This document shows positions 1 to 8,426 of a DNA stretch of 64,000 bases, piece after piece (position 1 is the stretch's first letter; every line of letters begins with the position of its first letter). Origin of the DNA: Candidatus Binatia bacterium (lineage in GTDB: Bacteria; Desulfobacterota; Binatia; HRBIN30; CADEER01); the NCBI GenBank assembly GCA_050176585.1, contig JBFXHX010000011.1, forward strand, positions 26,688 through 90,687, read 5' to 3'. The notes below the pieces were generated by a model that saw only the letters and a program-made list of their open reading frames with translations, made no database searches and had not been told where the DNA came from. The position numbers and the translations under genes are program-made.

Positions 1-1
1 C

Positions 2-106
2 ATCAATCCGCCACTGGTGCTGACGGAACAGGAAGCGCGCGACGGCGTCGCGATCCTCGACGAAGTATTCGCCGAAATCGAACGCGACGGCCGCTACCGG
101 GCATGA
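2..106 (+). CDS. 3' end (34 codons) of a class-III (ArgD/GabT-like) aminotransferase; the gene starts upstream of the window
   Basis: Frame 2 reads ...NPPLVLTEQEARDGVAILDEVFAEIERDGRYRA*, a typical class-III aminotransferase C-terminus. The stop TGA at 104-106 overlaps the ATG of the next gene (ATGA). Confidence 0.6.
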   Translation: MNPPLVLTEQEARDGVAILDEVFAEIERDGRYRA

Positions 107-1143
107 GGCCGCGCCGCACGGCCCTCCTCGGATTCGGGCACGTCGCCGAGCACGGGCACCTGCCCGCGTGGCGCGCGCGCCGCGATTTCGCGATCACTGC
201 CGTGGTCGAGCCCGACGGGGCGCGGCGGGAGCTCGCGCGAGCGCTATTGCCCGAGGCTGCCATCTACGCCGACGCGACGAGCCTGTTCGCGGCCGAAACT
301 CTTGATGCGGTCGACATCGCCGCGCCTCCCGCCCTGCATGCGCCCCTAGCGGTCGCCGCGGCGCGCGCCGGTTGTCACATCCTGTGCGAGAAACCGCTCG
401 CGACCGCACTCCCGGATTATCTCGCCATGCGCGAGGCGGCGCGCGCCGCCGGCGTGGCGTTGTGCACGGTGCACAACTGGAAGTACTCGGCGCAATTCGG
501 GCGCCTGGCGGCGATGCTCGCGGGCGGCGAGGTCGGGCGGCCCACGCACATCCGCCTGGAGACGATCCGCACCGGCCGCGCCGTGAGCGTCGGCAGCGAG
601 TGGCGCGGCGACCGCGCGCTCGCCGGCGGCGGCATTCTGGTCGACCACGGCTGGCACACGCTGTACCTCCTGCTCGCGCTCGCCAACGAGCGCCCCGAGC
701 GCGTGTGGGCGCAGATCGAGCGCCGGCGCTACACCGAGGCAGCGGTCGAGGACACCGTCACGTGTCAGATCGAGTTTCCCTCGCTGCGCGGGGAGATCTT
801 CCTCACCTGGGCCGGCGATGCCCGCCGCACGTGCTGGGAAGTGCACGGGTCGAACGGCATCGTGCGCTTGTCCGACGATCGCGGCGCGCTGCACCAGGAC
901 GGCGCACAGCACGACCTCGTGTTCGCGAGCTCGCTCTCGGAAGGGTCGCACCATCCGGACTGGTTCGGCGCGGTGATCGACGACTTCGCCGCCGAGATCG
1001 AGGACGCCGCGCGCCGCGGCCGCAACCTGGCCGAGGCCGAATGCTGCGTGCTGCTCACGGCGCTCGCCTATGAGTCGGGCGCGCAAGGCGGGCGGCCGCT
1101 GGCCGTCCCGGCCGAGCTGCCCGGTGTCGCGACCGCCGGCTGA
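103..1143 (+). CDS. Gfo/Idh/MocA family NAD(P)-dependent oxidoreductase (inositol/sugar dehydrogenase-like)
   Basis: 346-aa ORF with an N-terminal Rossmann-like LLGFGHVAEHGHLPAW and a conserved EKP motif (ILCEKPLA). It is translationally coupled to the upstream aminotransferase. Confidence 0.8.
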   Translation: MRPRRTALLGFGHVAEHGHLPAWRARRDFAITAVVEPDGARRELARALLPEAAIYADATSLFAAETLDAVDIAAPPALHAPLAVAAARAGCHILCEKPLATALPDYLAMREAARAAGVALCTVHNWKYSAQFGRLAAMLAGGEVGRPTHIRLETIRTGRAVSVGSEWRGDRALAGGGILVDHGWHTLYLLLALANERPERVWAQIERRRYTEAAVEDTVTCQIEFPSLRGEIFLTWAGDARRTCWEVHGSNGIVRLSDDRGALHQDGAQHDLVFASSLSEGSHHPDWFGAVIDDFAAEIEDAARRGRNLAEAECCVLLTALAYESGAQGGRPLAVPAELPGVATAG

Positions 1144-1156
1144 ACGCCGCCGCGAC

Positions 1157-2326
1157 ATGGACACCACCCCGGCACCGTGCAACTGTACGGCGGTCATCCT
1201 GCCGCCGGCCGCGATGAGCTTTCATCCCGTGGCCGGGCTCCCGCTGATCCAGCGCGTGGCGCTCAGCGCGCTGCGGGCCGGGTTTGATTCGGTGGTGGCA
1301 CTGGCGCCGTTCGAGGCCGCGCGCCTGCGCGCGGTGTTCGCCCGCGACGCGCGCACCGCGGCGATCCCGGTCGTCGCCGATGCCCGGGACAGCCTGATCG
1401 CGACCGACCGCGTGGCCCTCGTTCCGTCCGACTGCGTGCTGACCACCGGCGCGCTGCAGCGCGTGCGGAGCGCGCACTTGAATGGCCGCCCCGTCGCCTT
1501 CGGCTCGGCGGGCGACGGCATCGTCGTCGGCCCGCGGGCGAGCTTGACGGCGAGCGGCGGCTGCGTCGCCTTCGAGGGCGCTGCGGAGCGCGGCGCCTTG
1601 GCCGGCGAGCTGTGCGTCCGGGTGTCGGACCCCGCCTCCGCCGCGGCGGCCGAGCGCGCACTGCTCGCCACACTCGGCTCGCCGAGCGACGGCCCGATTG
1701 CGCGCTTCGACCGCGCGCTCTCGACGCGGATCAGTCGCTATCTGGTGCGCACGCCGCTGCGGCCGAACCACATCACCACGATCGGCACGTGCACCGGTTT
1801 CGCGGGCGCTTGGGCGCTTGCGCAGGGCACCTACCTCTCCGGCGTGCTCGGCACGCTGCTGTTCTGGGTCGCCGTGATCATCGACGGCTGCGACGGCGAG
1901 GTAGCGCGCCTGAAGTTCCAGGAATCCCGGCTGGGCTATTTGTACGACATCACCACCGACAACCTGGTGCATGCCGCCATCTTCTTCGGCATCGGCGCCG
2001 GCCTGTATCGCGCCGATCCGACGCAGCCGTTCCTCGCGCTGGGGGCGCTGCTCGTAGGCGGGCTGATCTGCGCCACGGCCGCGACGATGACGTTGCTCGT
2101 GCCGGAGTCGCCGGCTGGACAGGCGCCGGCACGGACGGCGCGCGGCCGCTGGCGTCAGCGGCTGCTGCGTGGGTTCGAGGCGCTGATGAACCGGGATTTC
2201 GCCTACCCCTTGTTCGGCTTGGCGTTGCTGGGCCGCCTGGACTGGTTCCTCTGGGGCGCGGCGTTCGGCACGTACGTATACGCAGCCGCTCTCGTGCTCG
2301 TGTACCGATGGCGAGAGGCGGACTAG
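1157..2326 (+). CDS. Bifunctional nucleotidyltransferase-like / CDP-alcohol phosphatidyltransferase (IPCT/DIPPS-like) membrane enzyme
   Basis: The C-terminal half carries a complete CDP-OH-P-transferase signature, D-G-x2-A-R-x8-G-x3-D-x3-D (IDGCDGEVARLKFQESRLGYLYDITTD), plus several TM helices. The N-terminal ~200 aa is MobA/IPCT-like (AVILPPAAMSFHPVAGLPLIQ) but its G-x-G-x-R loop is degenerate. Start placed at MDTTPAP, 14 nt after the upstream stop. Confidence 0.75.
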   Translation: MDTTPAPCNCTAVILPPAAMSFHPVAGLPLIQRVALSALRAGFDSVVALAPFEAARLRAVFARDARTAAIPVVADARDSLIATDRVALVPSDCVLTTGALQRVRSAHLNGRPVAFGSAGDGIVVGPRASLTASGGCVAFEGAAERGALAGELCVRVSDPASAAAAERALLATLGSPSDGPIARFDRALSTRISRYLVRTPLRPNHITTIGTCTGFAGAWALAQGTYLSGVLGTLLFWVAVIIDGCDGEVARLKFQESRLGYLYDITTDNLVHAAIFFGIGAGLYRADPTQPFLALGALLVGGLICATAATMTLLVPESPAGQAPARTARGRWRQRLLRGFEALMNRDFAYPLFGLALLGRLDWFLWGAAFGTYVYAAALVLVYRWREAD

Positions 2327-2333
2327 CACCGCG

Positions 2334-3416
2334 GTGGAGTCCGGCGCGCCGCGCCCGCTGAACCCGTTGGCGCGACCGCTCGCCACCCTCACGCCCATGT
2401 CGGACGGCGTCTCGCTCGCTGCGCCGCGCACTGCCGCGCGGCTGATGATGTGGATCGAGCGCGGCCTGCTGCTGGGCGGCGTAGTGCTGTTCGCGTTCCT
2501 CGTCGAGCGACTCGGAGCGGCGGACGTATGGGCGAACCTGCAGCTGATCGGGTGGGGCTTCGTCCTCGTCTTCGCGCAGGAAGGGCTCGCGTTCGTCTTC
2601 AATACCATCGGCTGGTCGTTCGCCTTCCCGAAGCCCCGCAAATGTACCCGGTTTTCGCAGCTCGTCGCCGCGCGCCTCGCCGGTGAGGCGATCAACAACG
2701 TGACGCCGACGGCGACGATTGGCGGCGAAGTCGTACGGGCGCGCATGATTACCGAGACCTGCGAGTCGCATGTCGCCTGGGCGTCGGTTGCGGTGGCCAA
2801 GTTGGCCCAGACCGCCGCCCAGATGCTGTTCGTGTTTACCGGGCTCGTCCTCCTCGTGCGCGACGTGGAGCTGCCCGCCGGCTATCGGCAGGGCCTGTAT
2901 GCCGGTCTCGCCGCCATCAGCGCGGGGCTCATGCTCGGCATCGCTCTGCAGCGCCGCGGCATGTTCGGCGCCGCCGTGCGGCTGGCGACTCGTCTCGGCG
3001 TGCGCGTGCCCCAGGCGCTGCGCGAGCACGTCACCCGCCTGGATGCGGAAATCGCCCGGGTCTACGCGGAACCGAAGGAGTTCGCCGCCTCCATCGGCGC
3101 CTTTTTCGCCGGCTGGTGCATGGGCGCTGTCGAAGTGTACATCGTCATGTACTTGCTCGGCTTGTCGCCGACGTGGGGACAAGCCGTCACCGTCGAGGTG
3201 CTGTCCGTGGCTATCGATGCGCTCTTCTTCTTCGTGCCGGCCAAAGCCGGCGTTCAAGAAGGCGGGAAGGCGTTGATCTTCCAGCTCATGGGTCTCGACC
3301 CGGGCAAGGGGCTCGTGCTCGGCATCGTGCGGCGGTTGCGCGAGCTGAGCTGGTCGCTGGTCGGCCTGGTGGTGCTGGCGGTGCACCAGTCGCGCGCGCG
3401 GCGCAAACGGGCATGA
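2334..3416 (+). CDS. Flippase-like polytopic membrane protein (lysyl-PG synthase TM-region / UPF0104 family)
   Basis: 360-aa, about 8 TM protein with a GTG start 8 nt after the upstream stop. Its composition and topology are typical of flippase-like domain proteins found next to glycosyltransferases. The stop overlaps the next start (ATGA at 3413-3416). Confidence 0.65.
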   Translation: MESGAPRPLNPLARPLATLTPMSDGVSLAAPRTAARLMMWIERGLLLGGVVLFAFLVERLGAADVWANLQLIGWGFVLVFAQEGLAFVFNTIGWSFAFPKPRKCTRFSQLVAARLAGEAINNVTPTATIGGEVVRARMITETCESHVAWASVAVAKLAQTAAQMLFVFTGLVLLVRDVELPAGYRQGLYAGLAAISAGLMLGIALQRRGMFGAAVRLATRLGVRVPQALREHVTRLDAEIARVYAEPKEFAASIGAFFAGWCMGAVEVYIVMYLLGLSPTWGQAVTVEVLSVAIDALFFFVPAKAGVQEGGKALIFQLMGLDPGKGLVLGIVRRLRELSWSLVGLVVLAVHQSRARRKRA

Positions 3417-4306
3417 GCGCGCGCCGCCAGCTGATCGTCAGCGCCGACGATTTCGGCATGTCGCGGGGCGTCAATGCCGCGATCATGCGCGCCCATCGCG
3501 AGGGCGTGCTCACGCAGGTGAGCTTGATGGTTCGCGGACGGGCGGCCGCGGAAGCGGTCGAGCTCGCCCGCAGCACGCCGTCGCTGAGCGTGGGCCTGCA
3601 TCTCACGCTCGTGCAGGGATATTCCGCGGCACCGAGCGGCGCGGTGCCGCTGCTGGCCGGCGCCGATGGCCGCTTGCGCCGCGATCCCGTGTGGGCCGGC
3701 ATGCGTTATTTTTTCACTCCCGGGGCGCGCCGGCAGATCGAGCGCGAGGTCGTGGCCCAGCTCGAGGCGTTCGCGGCCACCGGCCTGCAGCTCTCGCACG
3801 TCGACGGGCACTTGACGATTCACATGCACCCGATCGTGCTCGGCGTGTTGCTCGATGTCGCGACGCGTTACCGCATCCGCGCGATCCGCCTCTCGGGCGA
3901 CCCGCTCGTCCCGGCGCTGCGCTGGGACGGGCGCCATCTGGGGCGCAAGCTGTTCGAAGCCGGCGTGTTCGGCGGGCTGTCCCGCTGGGCGCTGCCGCAC
4001 GTGCGGCGCGCCGGCCTGCGCCATCCGGACCGGGTCTACGGCATGCACCAGAGCGGCCACGTGTCGGAGGACTACTGGTCGTATCTGCTGCCGGATCTGC
4101 CACCCGGAGTGAGCGAGGTATATTGCCATCCCGCGGTGCTCGACGATGAGGCGCAGCAGTGGCGGCCGGCCGAGTATGCCGGCGACGCCGAGCTCACCGC
4201 GCTCTGCAGCCCGCGCCTGCGCGCGGCGCTCGATGCCGCCGGCATCGAGCGCATCAGCTATCGGGATTTAGTGGAGCCGCGACAGAAATCTGGCCGCAAC
4301 TCCTAA
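3413..4306 (+). CDS. YdjC/ChbG/HpnK-family carbohydrate deacetylase
   Basis: MSARRQLIVSADDFGMSRGVNAAIMRAH... carries the YdjC-family DDFG motif and the HLTL/HVDGH metal-binding histidines. Confidence 0.8.
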   Translation: MSARRQLIVSADDFGMSRGVNAAIMRAHREGVLTQVSLMVRGRAAAEAVELARSTPSLSVGLHLTLVQGYSAAPSGAVPLLAGADGRLRRDPVWAGMRYFFTPGARRQIEREVVAQLEAFAATGLQLSHVDGHLTIHMHPIVLGVLLDVATRYRIRAIRLSGDPLVPALRWDGRHLGRKLFEAGVFGGLSRWALPHVRRAGLRHPDRVYGMHQSGHVSEDYWSYLLPDLPPGVSEVYCHPAVLDDEAQQWRPAEYAGDAELTALCSPRLRAALDAAGIERISYRDLVEPRQKSGRNS

Positions 4307-5946
4307 CCGCCGAACCCGTCTAGCGCCGCGTTCGATCCCGGCCGCATGTCATAGACCTCGGCATAGTTGATGTCGCGGATCGACACGGTACCGACCAGGT
4401 GCCCGCGGCGACGGATGTCCGCCACGTCCTGCTCGGGGAGCCGTTGGCGCTGGCTGATGTACAGCACCACGTAGTCGGCCGCCTTCAGGTCCGGAATGGT
4501 GGTCCCGCACGGGAACGCGCTTCTGATCGCGTGGTACTTGAGCGCAATCTTCACGTCACAGCGCGGCGCCTCGCGCCGGCGAATCTGTTCGCCGGCGATC
4601 TCCAACCCCTCGCCCCAGCCGATGATCACGGCTCGCTCCGCTACGCGCGAACCGCCGAGCAGCGGATTGAAATACGCGAGCCCCCAAGGCGCGACCCACA
4701 CCGCGTGCGCCACCGCGAGCGCGACGGCCAGGGCGCCGGCCGCTGGCAGCCAGCGCCACCGAGCGCCGAGCCGCGCGCGAGCGCTCCGCACGGCGACGTC
4801 GGCGCCGAGCCCGACGGCGAGCGCGACGAGCGGCAGCACTACGACCGCATAGCGATCCATCTGCTTGGCGGCGCAGGATAAGACCGCCATCGGCACCGCG
4901 GCAATCGCGATCAGGCTCAGGACATGCCAGCGCTTGTCGCGCATGAGCGCGAGCGGAAGCAAAGCCAGGACGCCGAGCAGAAACCACGGCGTCATCCGCA
5001 AGGGGAGCGCCACGGCGTAAAACAGCGGGCCGGGCGTACCCGTGATGTGGCCGAGGAAAAATGTCTGATGCGGTGTAAGCGCAAGCTCTGCGGTGTCCAG
5101 CAAGAAACGGATCTGGTGCACGGGATCCGCCCAGATCGCCGGCCAGGTGAGCAGCGCGGCCACGAACCCCAAAGCCGCAGTCGCGAGCAACCGGACCGCA
5201 ACGCGCGGCTCGGCGCCGAGTGGACGGCCGTGCACCCGTCTGGCGCCGTGAAACAGCACGCCGGCCAGTAGCGCGGCAACCCCCAGCAGCAGCGGGAGCG
5301 CTGAGAGCTTGGTGAGCAACGCGCAGCCGAGCAGTGCGCCGCCGGCCGCAGCCAGCCCGCGCCGGCGATCGACGCGTGGCTCCGGGATGCCGAATGCCAG
5401 GAGCATGGCAAGCACACCGGCGGCGCCGAACAACCCGGTGAGCGCGTCGGTGTGGAATGCGGCCCCATGCGCGACCAGGAACGGCTCGGAGGCGAGCAGC
5501 GCGCCGGCCGTGATCGCCGCCACCGGGCCGGCCCATTGCCAGGCGAGAAAGGCAATCACGCCGACCAGCGCGGAGGTCGTCACCGCGACGCCGAGCTGGG
5601 CCCCGTGCAGCGCCTGCGGAGACACCGCGAACGGTTGCTGGCTGGGCGCGGCGAGCCCATACCGCACAGCGACCCAGCTCAGCGCTCGAGTGGCGTTGCC
5701 GATCCACATCGTGGTGACCCCCGGCATCGTCGCCTGCTGGCCGGTGGTCGCCGAAGCGGCGGCAAAATCCCGCCGCAAGATCGCGTCGCCGAACTGCTGC
5801 GTGCGCCGCATCCACAACGGCTCGTCCGCGGTCGAGTACCGGCCCGCGGTCTCGGCGCGCGGCACGAACGCGAGAATGGCCAAGGACGCCGCAACCAGCA
5901 CGGCAGCGCGCCTCGCGACCTGTCCGGTGGTGGTCCACGGGGTCAC
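4303..5946 (-). CDS. GT-C fold glycosyltransferase, ArnT/PMT-like (GT39/GT83), polyprenyl-phosphate-sugar dependent
   Basis: 547-aa polytopic membrane protein with the first-loop DE motif (STADEPLW) typical of ArnT/PMT transferases. Its 3' end overlaps the deacetylase 3' end convergently. Confidence 0.75.
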   Translation of the reverse strand: MTPWTTTGQVARRAAVLVAASLAILAFVPRAETAGRYSTADEPLWMRRTQQFGDAILRRDFAAASATTGQQATMPGVTTMWIGNATRALSWVAVRYGLAAPSQQPFAVSPQALHGAQLGVAVTTSALVGVIAFLAWQWAGPVAAITAGALLASEPFLVAHGAAFHTDALTGLFGAAGVLAMLLAFGIPEPRVDRRRGLAAAGGALLGCALLTKLSALPLLLGVAALLAGVLFHGARRVHGRPLGAEPRVAVRLLATAALGFVAALLTWPAIWADPVHQIRFLLDTAELALTPHQTFFLGHITGTPGPLFYAVALPLRMTPWFLLGVLALLPLALMRDKRWHVLSLIAIAAVPMAVLSCAAKQMDRYAVVVLPLVALAVGLGADVAVRSARARLGARWRWLPAAGALAVALAVAHAVWVAPWGLAYFNPLLGGSRVAERAVIIGWGEGLEIAGEQIRRREAPRCDVKIALKYHAIRSAFPCGTTIPDLKAADYVVLYISQRQRLPEQDVADIRRRGHLVGTVSIRDINYAEVYDMRPGSNAALDGFGG

Positions 5947-6074
5947 GCGCCGGCACGCTGCAAAACACAGCGCGGGAAAGCAACCTGCGCGTGCGATCGG
6001 TAGTGGGTCCGTTTGCTTCTCGGCGCAGGCTGGACGGACGTGAACCCCGCACGCGGCAGTGGCATATTGCCACC

Positions 6075-6500
6075 ATGCTGAAGACGCGGGTTCTGTTCCT
6101 CTGCACGGGCAATTCCGCCCGGAGCCAGATGGCCGAGGGCTTCCTGCGCCATCTGGCGGGCGGCCGCTTCGAGGCGGTCAGCGCTGGAATCAACCCAACC
6201 GTGGTCAACCCGCTCGCGATCAAGGCGATGCGCGAACTCGGAATCGACATCTCGGCGCAGCGGTCGAAGTCGGCGGGCAGCCTACTAGGCCAGCATTTTC
6301 CCTACGTCATCACCGTCTGCGACAAGGCCAACGAACGTTGCCCGATCTTCCCTGGCGTCGTGAAGCGGCTGCACTGGCCCCTGAGGGACCCGGCCGCCGC
6401 GACCGGAACCGAGGGTGAGCGCTCGGCGGTCTTCCGCGCCGTCCGCGACGAGATCCATCAGCGCGTGCGCGGGTTCATCGCTGCCCCTGCATGCAGCTAG
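6075..6500 (+). CDS. arsC: Arsenate reductase, thioredoxin-coupled LMW-PTP family (ArsC)
   Basis: The CX5R P-loop LFLCTGNSARSQMAEGF and the two downstream Cys (VCD...ERCP) match Bacillus-type ArsC. No arsB/acr3/arsR gene is adjacent. Confidence 0.8.
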   Translation: MLKTRVLFLCTGNSARSQMAEGFLRHLAGGRFEAVSAGINPTVVNPLAIKAMRELGIDISAQRSKSAGSLLGQHFPYVITVCDKANERCPIFPGVVKRLHWPLRDPAAATGTEGERSAVFRAVRDEIHQRVRGFIAAPACS

Positions 6501-6802
6501 CGCCGCAAACGGCTCGACGACGCCTCAAGCGTCCCCGCGATCCGGGTCCAGCTCGCCAAGCTGATCGGCCACATCGCCACCGGCAAGGTCGAGGATCAGC
6601 CGCCTCGTGGATCGAGCCCGACGGCGCGACATGGACTGCTGATCAGATCGCAGCGCTTCGTCAACCCAACATGTTCGACACAGCGACCGCACACGGACGC
6701 GAAAATATCCCGCACGATTCAAGTACGTGTCTCCGTGCGACGATTCCCGCTGCGCATTACAGACATCGGTCGATGTGCACCGAATTGAGAGATGGGCGCC
6801 TC

Positions 6803-6991
6803 TTAGCGGCGGCGGCGCCGACGCAGCTCGTCGAGCTGCATCTCGAGCGCCTTCTGCTGAATCGCGCGATCGCGCTCGGCGCGCTGCTCCGGCGTCATGC
6901 GATGGTTCAGATCTTCCCAGCGACGATACTTCGCCGCAGTGCGTGTCGCCGGCGCTGTCTGTCGGCGCACGGGCGGTGCCTTCGCCTTCAT
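6803..6991 (-). CDS. Small basic hypothetical protein (62 aa, Lys/Arg-rich N-terminus, C-terminal poly-Arg)
   Basis: MKAKAPPVRRQTAPATRTAAKYRRWEDLNHRMTPEQRAERDRAIQQKALEMQLDELRRRRRR. A consensus Shine-Dalgarno GGAGGAG lies 7 nt upstream of the ATG. No family recognised. Confidence 0.5.
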   Translation of the reverse strand: MKAKAPPVRRQTAPATRTAAKYRRWEDLNHRMTPEQRAERDRAIQQKALEMQLDELRRRRRR

Positions 6992-7367
6992 CGATGGGTC
7001 TCCTCCAGATATGCGAGCCACAGGCGCTCGGCGAATCGTACATATTGCCGAGCCACACCGCCGCATTCGACGCCTGCTCGACCACCAAGCTGCGCGCCAT
7101 CAATGGCGGCAGCTTTATCACCAGCTTCTGGCGGCGCCGGACGAACTTACCTGCCCCCCTTCTCCGCCGCAGGCATAATCTCCTCCGTGTTAGGCCGGCT
7201 GGCGATGACTCAAACCAAAATGACCGCTACCCTGCGGTCGAGCGCTTTTCGAGAGCGCGGCCCTTGCGCTACGTTGCCGGCGCGACGGAGTGCAGCATCC
7301 ATGCGCAGCGGAAAGACCAGCACCGGGGCCCCACGCGTACCAGACCTCGCGAGCCGGTGAGCATCGT

Positions 7368-8348
7368 TTGAATACCCGGGCTGACTCGACGCAGGTGCAC
7401 CTCTCGGCCGTCGTACCGCTCTTCGACGAAGAGCCCACGCTCGCCGACCTCTACGAGCGCCTAACCCGAGTCTTGCGCGCGCTCGGGGCGCCGTACGAGA
7501 TTTTGTTCGTCGATGACGGCAGCACCGACGGCGGCCCGGCGCTGCTCGACCGCCTGGCGAGCCAGGACCCCTGCGTGGGCGTGCTGCACCTGCGGCGCAA
7601 CTACGGCAAGTCGGCCGCTCTCGACGCCGGCTTTCGCGCCGCGCGCGGGCGGGTCGTCGCCACGCTCGATGCCGATCTTCAAGACCCGCCCGAGGAACTG
7701 CCCAAGCTGCTCGCGAAGCTCGAGGAGGGCTTCGACGCGGTGAGCGGCTGGAAACAGGGACGGCGCGACCCACTGCGCCGGCGCTTGGCGTCGCGCGTGT
7801 TCAACGCCGTGGTGCGCCGCCTCGCGCGCTTGCCACTGCACGACCTGAACTCCGGGTTCAAGGTGTACCGCGCGGAGGCATTGCACGAGCTTCACCTATA
7901 CGGCGATCTGCATCGCTACGTGCTCGTGTTGCTGGCCGGCAGCGGCTATCGCATCGGAGAAGTGGCCGTGCGCCATGCCCCCCGCCAGCACGGGCGTTCC
8001 AAATACGGTGTGGAGCGCCTGACCAACGGGTTCTTCGACCTGCTGACGGTGACGATGAACATCCGCTACCGCGCGCGCCCACTGCACCTGTTTGGTCTAG
8101 CGGGTCTCGGATTGGCGGGCGTTGGATTGGCCGTGCTGCTCTATTTGACCGTGCTGTGGTTCGTCGGCGAGGGCCCGATCGGCCACCGGCCGCTGCTGTT
8201 CCTCGGGCTGCTCCTCATGATGCTCGGCGTGCAGCTCATCAGCACGGGTTTGCTCGGCGAGCTGATCAACCGGCAGATACACCGCCAGGAGCCCTCGTAC
8301 GCGGTGCGCAACTTTGCCGCGCCGGGCAGCGCGCGCGGTGCGGACTGA
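7368..8348 (+). CDS. GT2 polyprenyl-phosphate glycosyltransferase (ArnC/DPM-synthase/GtrB-like) with C-terminal TM anchor
   Basis: LSAVVPLFDEE...ILFVDDGSTDG...DADLQDP is the GT2 DXD architecture. Two C-terminal TM helices resemble ArnC/GtrB. The start is uncertain: TTG 7368 or GTG 7395. Confidence 0.85.
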   Translation: MNTRADSTQVHLSAVVPLFDEEPTLADLYERLTRVLRALGAPYEILFVDDGSTDGGPALLDRLASQDPCVGVLHLRRNYGKSAALDAGFRAARGRVVATLDADLQDPPEELPKLLAKLEEGFDAVSGWKQGRRDPLRRRLASRVFNAVVRRLARLPLHDLNSGFKVYRAEALHELHLYGDLHRYVLVLLAGSGYRIGEVAVRHAPRQHGRSKYGVERLTNGFFDLLTVTMNIRYRARPLHLFGLAGLGLAGVGLAVLLYLTVLWFVGEGPIGHRPLLFLGLLLMMLGVQLISTGLLGELINRQIHRQEPSYAVRNFAAPGSARGAD

Positions 8349-8426
8349 GCACTTCGAGCCGGCGCGAGCGGCCGGGCGCGGCGCGCGGCGCAGCGGGGAC
8401 GGCCGGCTCGCCCCTGCGCGCGGCAC

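Noticed and set aside
346-2800. Long minus-strand ORFs (346-1197, 1055-2800 and 1950-3386) antisense to the first operon
   Set aside because: They are extremely Arg/Ala/Pro/Gly-rich with no motifs, and they overlap well-supported plus-strand genes completely. This is the typical open-frame artefact of about 70% GC DNA.
4556-6250. 564-aa minus-strand ORF overlapping the GT-C gene in another frame
   Set aside because: Low-complexity Arg-rich translation. The alternative frame (4303-5946) gives a coherent polytopic GT-C protein with the DE motif.
6491-7360. 289-aa plus-strand ORF spanning the arsC-GT2 spacer
   Set aside because: Arg/Ser/Pro-rich with no domain. It overlaps the SD-supported small gene on the opposite strand.
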